Origin: Pseudomonas aeruginosa | GTDB taxonomy: Bacteria > Pseudomonadota > Gammaproteobacteria > Pseudomonadales > Pseudomonadaceae | Length of the DNA: 32,000 nucleotides | NCBI RefSeq assembly: GCF_001457615.1 | Contig: NZ_LN831024.1 | Span: forward strand, 2,400,001 to 2,432,000 | Direction: 5' to 3' | Part shown: positions 26,540 to 32,000 of the stretch, piece by piece | Layout: each line of letters opens with the position of its first letter | How positions within the stretch are numbered: position 1 is the stretch's first letter | The notes under the pieces: generated by a model | The model's database searches: none | What the model was told of the DNA's origin: nothing | What the model saw: the letters and a program-made list of their open reading frames with translations, nothing else | Position numbers and translations under genes: made by a program

Positions 26540-28849
26540 TCAGGCGTTCGTAGCGGCGGGCGTCGCCAGCCGTTCCAGGCGCGCCGGCACGTACTTGTGC
26601 CAGGGCGTGCCGGCGAGGAAGTCGCGCTGGGTGCAGTCGGTCACCTCGTTGGGCGCCACGCCCCGGCGCACCACCTCGCCCTCGGCGTTGCGGTAGTCCA
26701 GGCCCTGGCCGTTGGGCAGGGAGATATTGCCCGGCTGCATCATGTCGCTGATCTCCACTTCCGCCTCGACCTCGCCGCGGCGGGTCACCACGCGCAGCAC
26801 CTCGCCGTCGGCGCAGCCCAGCGCCTCGGCGTCCTGCGGGCTGATGCGCAGGGTGCCGTAGCGCCCGCGGCGGTGCCAGCCGGTGTCGCGCACGGCGGTA
26901 TTGCTGGTGTCGCTGCGCCGCTCGCCGGCGGCGAGGATGAACGGGTAGGCCGGATCGTGGGGTGGCGCGCTGTGGGCGAGCTTGGCCAGTTCCGGCAACA
27001 GTTCGGGGATGTGCAGGTTGATCCGCTGTTCGGGACGGGCGACGGCCTGCCAGCTTTCGGCGTAGGTGGTTTCGGCGAAGACCACCCCGGACGGGTTGTC
27101 GAGCATGGCCTGGAACAGGCGGTCGGCGGCCAGCGGCGGCAACCCGTCGAAGCCGGCGCGGGCAGCGGTCTTGCGGTTGTTCAGCACGTGCAGTTGGCAG
27201 ATGCCCCAGATCGCCGCGGCCGCTTCCATGCCGGCGGGCAGGGTCGGGCCGAGGGTACGGTAGAGCAGGACCGGCGCGTATTTCATGACCTTGGGGCGGG
27301 TCGCCGCGGCGGCGAGGAAAGCCGCCGAGAATGCCTTGCGCCCGAGCTTCAGGGCCAGGCGCAACGGCCGGTAGTCTTTCTCGCCGAGCACGCCCATGGC
27401 TTCCAGCAGGCGGGCGTGGATCTCCGCTTCCGGCAGGGTGCCGGGGCGCGCCGGGAACAGCGGCGCGCGCAGGTGGAAGGCGTTGCGCGGGAATTCCAGG
27501 TTGAAGAAGGTCGCCTCGGCCTTTTCGAACTGGCTTGCCGCCGGCAGCACGTAGTCGGCGTGGCGCGCGGTCTCGGTCATGGCCACGTCGATCACCACCG
27601 ACAACTCCAGGACGCGCATGGCTTCGCGCATGCGCTGGCTATCGGCCAGCGAATGCAGCGGGTTGCCGGTCTCCACCAGCATGGCGCGATAGCGCTTGGG
27701 ATGGTCGGTGAGGATTTCCTCTGGAATCACGTTGCAGGGAATCAGGCCGATGATGATCTTGGCATTGGCCACCGGGCTGCGCTTCTCGACGCGTGGCGCG
27801 CCCCTCTTGCCCATCGAGGTATCGCCCTTGCTGGCCTTGGACAGCGAGAGGAAGGGCACGAAGGCGTTGCTGGTGCCGGGGCGCCCGTAATGGCCGGTGA
27901 GTAACCAGACCAGGCGTTGCAGGTAGCTGCCGAGGGTCGAGTGCAGGTTCATCTGCATGCCCAGGTCTTCCAGCGCCGATACGCTGCTGGCGCTGGCGAT
28001 CCGCCGGGCGGCGGCGCGCAGCTTGTCTTCCGCCACCCCGCAGGTCTCGGCGCAGTAGGCCACCGGGATGGCGTTCAGTTCGTCGACGATGTGCTCGTAG
28101 CCGCTGGTGTGTTCGGCCAGCCAGTCGCGCGCCAGCAGCCCGTCCTGGACGATGATCCCGACCAGCGCCGCCAGGCACCAGGCGTCGGTGCCCGGACGGA
28201 TCTGCAGGTGGAAGTCGGCCAGGGCGGCGGTTTCGCTCAGGCGCGGGTCGATCACGATGATCGAGCGTGCGGGGTCCTTGGCCATGGCGTTGAGCAGCAC
28301 GCGGGCGCGGGCGAAACCATGGGATTGCCAGGGATTCTTGCCGATCAGGATGGCCACCTCGCAATGCTCGAAGTCGCCGTGCACGCCGGTACCGAACATC
28401 TTGCCCTGGACCCAGAACTCGCCGGTCTTTTCCTGGGCCAGGGCGTTGGAGCGGTACTTCACCCCGAGGGCCTTCAGCGTGCTGTCGCCGTAGGCGCCGC
28501 CGAGGTGGTTGCCCTGCGCGCCGCCGCCGTAGTAGAGGATGCTTTCGCCGCCATGCCTGCGCTTGATGGCGAGGAATTTCTCCGCCACCTCGCGGATCGC
28601 CGTGTCCCAGTCGATGGCTTCGTAGCTGCCATCGGGGCGCCGACGCATCGGCGTGTCCAGGCGGTCGGCGCCGTTCTGGTAGTAGTCCATGCGCTGCGAT
28701 TTCTCGCAGACGTAGCCCTGCGAGGCGGGGTGGTCGTCATCGCCGCGGATCTTGCTGATGCGGCCATTCTCGGTCTGCACTTCCAGCCCGCAGTTGAGGC
28801 TGCAGAGGATACAGGCGGTCTTCTTCCATTGCGGGGACGGCGTAGTCAC
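26540..28849 (-). CDS. molybdopterin-dependent oxidoreductase (formate dehydrogenase/nitrate reductase-like)
   Basis: [42 protein letters not shown] (4Fe-4S motif plus Mo-bisMGD fold); start set to GTG 28849 ([16 protein letters not shown]). Confidence 0.92.
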   Translation of the reverse strand: MTTPSPQWKKTACILCSLNCGLEVQTENGRISKIRGDDDHPASQGYVCEKSQRMDYYQNGADRLDTPMRRRPDGSYEAIDWDTAIREVAEKFLAIKRRHGGESILYYGGGAQGNHLGGAYGDSTLKALGVKYRSNALAQEKTGEFWVQGKMFGTGVHGDFEHCEVAILIGKNPWQSHGFARARVLLNAMAKDPARSIIVIDPRLSETAALADFHLQIRPGTDAWCLAALVGIIVQDGLLARDWLAEHTSGYEHIVDELNAIPVAYCAETCGVAEDKLRAAARRIASASSVSALEDLGMQMNLHSTLGSYLQRLVWLLTGHYGRPGTSNAFVPFLSLSKASKGDTSMGKRGAPRVEKRSPVANAKIIIGLIPCNVIPEEILTDHPKRYRAMLVETGNPLHSLADSQRMREAMRVLELSVVIDVAMTETARHADYVLPAASQFEKAEATFFNLEFPRNAFHLRAPLFPARPGTLPEAEIHARLLEAMGVLGEKDYRPLRLALKLGRKAFSAAFLAAAATRPKVMKYAPVLLYRTLGPTLPAGMEAAAAIWGICQLHVLNNRKTAARAGFDGLPPLAADRLFQAMLDNPSGVVFAETTYAESWQAVARPEQRINLHIPELLPELAKLAHSAPPHDPAYPFILAAGERRSDTSNTAVRDTGWHRRGRYGTLRISPQDAEALGCADGEVLRVVTRRGEVEAEVEISDMMQPGNISLPNGQGLDYRNAEGEVVRRGVAPNEVTDCTQRDFLAGTPWHKYVPARLERLATPAATNA

Positions 28850-29015
28850 GGTGTGTTCCTCGTTGTTGTCGTTGCCGGCGCAACCTGGGGCGCACCCCAG
28901 CCGTGCGGGCTTCGTTCTTTCGGGACTGCCTGACGCTGTGCTGCAAGGACGACGCGCGGGCGGCACACGGAACCCCGTCGTATCGGCCTTTCCCTCTCAT
29001 GCTCGACGCTTCTAC

Positions 29016-29032
29016 AGTTCCGAATCGGAACT
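29016..29032. promoter_or_regulatory. palindromic operator-like site AGTTCCGAATCGGAACT
   Basis: GTTCC-N5-GGAAC dyad in the divergent hxlR/oxidoreductase intergenic region. Confidence 0.6.
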
Positions 29033-29130
29033 TATTACGCGGGCGCTGATATGGGACCCGTCCGTAGTGCTGGTTTGTCCGATCCTGGCAGGAGCGCGCC
29101 GGGTCCATGACCTTTTCGGCCGGATACTAA

Positions 29131-29145
29131 GTTCCAATTTGGAAC
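29131..29145. promoter_or_regulatory. palindromic operator-like site GTTCCAATTTGGAAC
   Basis: Second GTTCC-N5-GGAAC dyad, 58 bp before the HxlR-family ATG. Confidence 0.6.
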
Positions 29146-29202
29146 TGGTCAAGCTCCGAAGCGGCCCCCTAGAATGGACGGAGGTTTTTCCGGGAGAACC
29201 CC

Positions 29203-29682
29203 ATGAAATGGCAAGAAGTCGGCGAAACGCCCTGTTCGATGGCGCGCAGCCTGGCGATCCTCGGCGATCGCTGGACGCTGCTGATCCTGCGCAACTGCTT
29301 TCTCGGCATGCGCCGCTTCGATGAGTTCCAGGCCAGCCTCGGGGTCACCCGCCAGGTACTGGCCGACCGCCTGAGCCGGCTGGTGGAGGCGGGCGCGCTG
29401 AAGAAGGTGCCTTACCAGGAGCGACCGCCGCGCTACGAATACCGCCTCACCGAGATGGGCCACGACCTGCATCCGGTGCTGCTGGCCCTGGCCAATTGGG
29501 GCGACCGCTGGCTCGACGAGGGCCGCGGCGCTCCGGTGGAGTATGTGCACAAGGCCTGTGGCCACAAGTTCCGGCCGACCATGGTCTGCCCGGAGTGCGG
29601 CGAGCCGGTGGGGTCGCGCGATGTGACGGCGGTGCCGGGGCCGGGGTTCGCGGCGATGGCTGGCAAGCTCGCGCAGAACTGA
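29203..29682 (+). CDS. HxlR family transcriptional regulator
   Basis: CSMARSLAILGDRWTLLILRNCFLGMRRFDEFQASLGVTRQVLADRLSRLVEAG. Confidence 0.95.
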   Translation: MKWQEVGETPCSMARSLAILGDRWTLLILRNCFLGMRRFDEFQASLGVTRQVLADRLSRLVEAGALKKVPYQERPPRYEYRLTEMGHDLHPVLLALANWGDRWLDEGRGAPVEYVHKACGHKFRPTMVCPECGEPVGSRDVTAVPGPGFAAMAGKLAQN

Positions 29683-29729
29683 ATCCGCGCGCGCTCTGCC
29701 AAGGGCGGGCCGCGACCCGCTCGGTTCGC

Positions 29730-30593
29730 TCAGCCGGCCTTGCGGAAGACGAACATCAGCCCCACCACGATCAGCCCCATGCCCAGCAGGCTGAGCCAGC
29801 CGAGGCGGTTGCCGAAGACCATGAAGTCCATGATCGCGGTCACCGCCGGCACCAGGTAGAACAGGCTGGTGACGTTGACCAGGTTGCCCTGGGCGATCAG
29901 CCGGTAGAGCAGCAGGGTCGCGCCCACCGAGACCACGACGCCCATCCATAGCGCGGGGACCAGGAAGCCGGCGTTCCATTCGAACTCGAACGGCTGGAAG
30001 GGCACGAACGCCAGGCACAGGCCGAGGCCGGCGAGGTACTGCAGGGGCAGGGTGCCCAGCGGGTTCTCGCGGATGCCCTTCTGCATGATCGAGCCGCCGG
30101 TGACGCCGGCCAGCGCCAGCAGTGCGCAGAGGATGCCGGCCGTGGACATCCCGGCCAGGCCGATGCCCTGGTAGACCACCAGCACCAGGCCGGCCAGGCC
30201 CAGCAGCAGGCCGAACAGGCGCGCCGGCGACTGCCGGCGTTCGAGGATGACGGCGGTGAGGATCGGTTGCACGCCGAGGATGGTCGCCATCATGCCGGGA
30301 GTGACCTGCAGCTTCAGCGAGAAGATATAGAAGATCGGATAGATCCCCAGCATCACCAGGCCGGTGAGCAGGGCCTTGCCGCGCTCACGCGCGCTGCGCG
30401 GCGCGCGCAGCCTGAGCAGCGGGGCGAGCGGCAGCAGGCAGGCCAGGGCGATGCCGAAGCGGAACACCAGGAAGGCGAACGGCGAGGAGTGCGCCAGGCC
30501 CCATTTCGAGGCGATGGCCCCGCTGCTCCAGAGCAGGACGAAGAGGCTGGTGCTGGCCAGGCCGGCTAGCGCGGATTTGTTCAGTGCAAACAT
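29730..30593 (-). CDS. EamA/DMT family transporter
   Basis: Ten hydrophobic segments; start refined to ATG 30593 (MFALNKSALAGLASTSLFVLLWSSG). Confidence 0.9.
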   Translation of the reverse strand: MFALNKSALAGLASTSLFVLLWSSGAIASKWGLAHSSPFAFLVFRFGIALACLLPLAPLLRLRAPRSARERGKALLTGLVMLGIYPIFYIFSLKLQVTPGMMATILGVQPILTAVILERRQSPARLFGLLLGLAGLVLVVYQGIGLAGMSTAGILCALLALAGVTGGSIMQKGIRENPLGTLPLQYLAGLGLCLAFVPFQPFEFEWNAGFLVPALWMGVVVSVGATLLLYRLIAQGNLVNVTSLFYLVPAVTAIMDFMVFGNRLGWLSLLGMGLIVVGLMFVFRKAG

Positions 30594-30980
30594 GGATCTG
30601 CCACCTTGTAGTCGGGCATGCCGCGGGCTCGGGCCGGCGGCGGACGGCACGCCTCGGCAGCGGATGGCGCTGCTTGCGGCGGGCTGTGGAAGAGAGTTGG
30701 GGCGCTACCGCGCTCGTCAGGGACTGACGCCCGGCGGCGGGCAGGCGGCCGAACCGGGAGGGGGAGGCGGAGGCGAGGCGACTACAGGAGGGGAAACGCA
30801 GCCCAGGCTGGCGCACGGCTGGAGCGCGCCGACCTCGCCGGTGGCTACCGGAAGGGCGGGGAGCGAGCTGTGCGAGCGCTGGTTCATGGAGGCTATCCGG
30901 TCGATGAAGACAACGAGAGGGACTATAGCGGGCCGTCCGGGATTTGACGAGCCTGTGGGCGAGCCTTGCGCTAAAACGCC

Positions 30981-31012
30981 AGCCCGGCGACAAACCGGGC
31001 CGGCGCCGGGCT
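30981..31012 (-). terminator. intrinsic terminator candidate after the polyamine-binding protein gene
   Basis: AGCCCGGCG...CGCCGGGCT 9-bp stem immediately after the stop; minus strand continues into GGCGTTTTAG. Confidence 0.65.
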
Positions 31013-32000
31013 TCACTTGCCGGTCTTCACCGTGTTCCAGGTGCGCGTGCGCACGCGGTCGATCTTCTGCGGCATGGATTCCAGGGCGAACAGCTTGGCC
31101 ATCTTCTCCTGCGGCGGGTAGATCGCCGGGTCGGTCTTGATCTCGGCGTCCACCAGCGGGTCGGCGGCCAGGTTGCCGTTGGCGTAGTGCACATGGTTGC
31201 TGATCGCGGCCATCACCTCGGGACGCAGCAGGTAGTTCATGAAGGCGTAGCCGGCCTTCTCGTCGGGCGCATCGACCGGCATCGAGACCATGTCGAACCA
31301 CAGCGGCGAGCCTTCCTTCGGCGTCGAGTAGCGCACTTCCACGCCGTTGTTGGCCTCCTTGGCGCGGGTCGCGGCCTGCAGGATGTCGCCGGAGAAACCG
31401 ACCACCATGCAGATCTCGCCGTTGGCCAGGTCGCTGACGTACTTCGAGGAGTGGAAGTAGCGGATGTACGGGCGCACCTTCAGCAACGCCGCCTGGGCCT
31501 GCTTGTAGTCGTCGGCCTTCTGGCTGTGGTGTGGCAGGCCGAGGTAGTTGAGGGTGATGGGCAGCAGCTCGGGGCCGTTGTCCAGCACCGCCACCCCGCA
31601 CTTGCTCAGTTTCTGCATGTATTCGGGCTTGAAGAAGATATCCCAGGAGTCCAGCGGCGCGTCGTCGCCGAGCACCGCCTTGATCTTCGCCGGGTTGTAG
31701 CCGATGCCGGTGGTGCCCCAGAGGTAGGGGAAGCCGTACTGGTTGCCCGGATCGTTGACCTCCAGGGCCTTGAGCAGCACCGGGTTGAGGTTCTTCCAGT
31801 TGGGCAACTGGGACTTGTCCAGCTTCTTCAGGGCGCCGGCCTGGATCTGCTTGGCCATGAAGTGGTTCGACGGGAATACCACGTCGTAGCCGGATTGGCC
31901 GGTCATCAGCTTGCCGTCGAGGGTCTCGTTGCTGTCGTAGACGTCGTAGGTGGCCTGGATGCCGGTTTCCTTGGCGAAGTTCGCCACGGTTTCGGGAGCG
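31013..32000 (-). CDS. polyamine (spermidine/putrescine) ABC transporter substrate-binding protein, PotF/SpuD-like; 5' end beyond the window
   Basis: YDSNETLDGKLMTGQSGYDVVFPSNHFMAKQIQAGALKKLDKSQLPNW...LWGTTGIGYNPAKI; frame open past the supplied ORF start to the window end. Confidence 0.93.
   Translation of the reverse strand, partial: APETVANFAKETGIQATYDVYDSNETLDGKLMTGQSGYDVVFPSNHFMAKQIQAGALKKLDKSQLPNWKNLNPVLLKALEVNDPGNQYGFPYLWGTTGIGYNPAKIKAVLGDDAPLDSWDIFFKPEYMQKLSKCGVAVLDNGPELLPITLNYLGLPHHSQKADDYKQAQAALLKVRPYIRYFHSSKYVSDLANGEICMVVGFSGDILQAATRAKEANNGVEVRYSTPKEGSPLWFDMVSMPVDAPDEKAGYAFMNYLLRPEVMAAISNHVHYANGNLAADPLVDAEIKTDPAIYPPQEKMAKLFALESMPQKIDRVRTRTWNTVKTGK

Noticed and set aside
26540-28966. 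Alternative ORFs 26480..27904 + and 27917..28933 +
   Set aside because: Shadows of the molybdopterin oxidoreductase gene.
30651-31012. Possible coding sequence in the 360-bp interval (ORFs 30618..30947 + and part of 30717..31601 -)
   Set aside because: Low-complexity G/R/P-rich translations without recognisable family; treated as intergenic.
1-32000. CRISPR arrays, tRNA/rRNA genes, integrase, retron or DGR signatures
   Set aside because: No regularly spaced repeats, tRNA-like cloverleafs, reverse transcriptase or integrase motifs were seen by eye; a tool scan (tRNAscan-SE, CRISPR finder, PADLOC/DefenseFinder) would be needed to confirm.

Overview
The window looks like Pseudomonas aeruginosa: high GC, and a gene order resembling the PAO1 PA2711-PA2728 neighbourhood (recalled, not searched). 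It has three parts. (1) 1-9180 is a mosaic accessory/defence segment. It holds a DUF2357/DUF524-type PD-(D/E)XK nuclease cut by the left window edge, overlapping tail-to-tail (15 bp) with one large ORF that fuses an XRE-type HTH to two tandem DNA amino-methyltransferase domains. It also holds a 5'-truncated C-terminal remnant of a Res/helicase-type nuclease, a CoiA-like protein with a small overlapping downstream ORF, an IS3-family element with a frameshifted orfB, and a SymE-like toxin ORF. (2) 9343-19472 is a tight minus-strand four-gene operon: ClpA/B-like AAA+ ATPase, short radical SAM activase, a giant ~2100 aa zinc-ribbon/kinase-like/SF1-helicase/Vsr-like-nuclease protein, and a coiled-coil protein. 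It is the best candidate here for an under-described, possibly defence-related system. (3) 19603-32000 is ordinary chromosomal gene content: lipoprotein, GFA, VOC, DUF6348-like, PfpI-like, MerR, alpha/beta hydrolase, a frameshifted old-yellow-enzyme-like FMN oxidoreductase, ferredoxin, molybdopterin oxidoreductase, HxlR, EamA transporter and a polyamine-binding protein. That part contains two clear candidate regulatory architectures: three 19-bp-spacer MerR-type promoters and paired HxlR-like palindromes.
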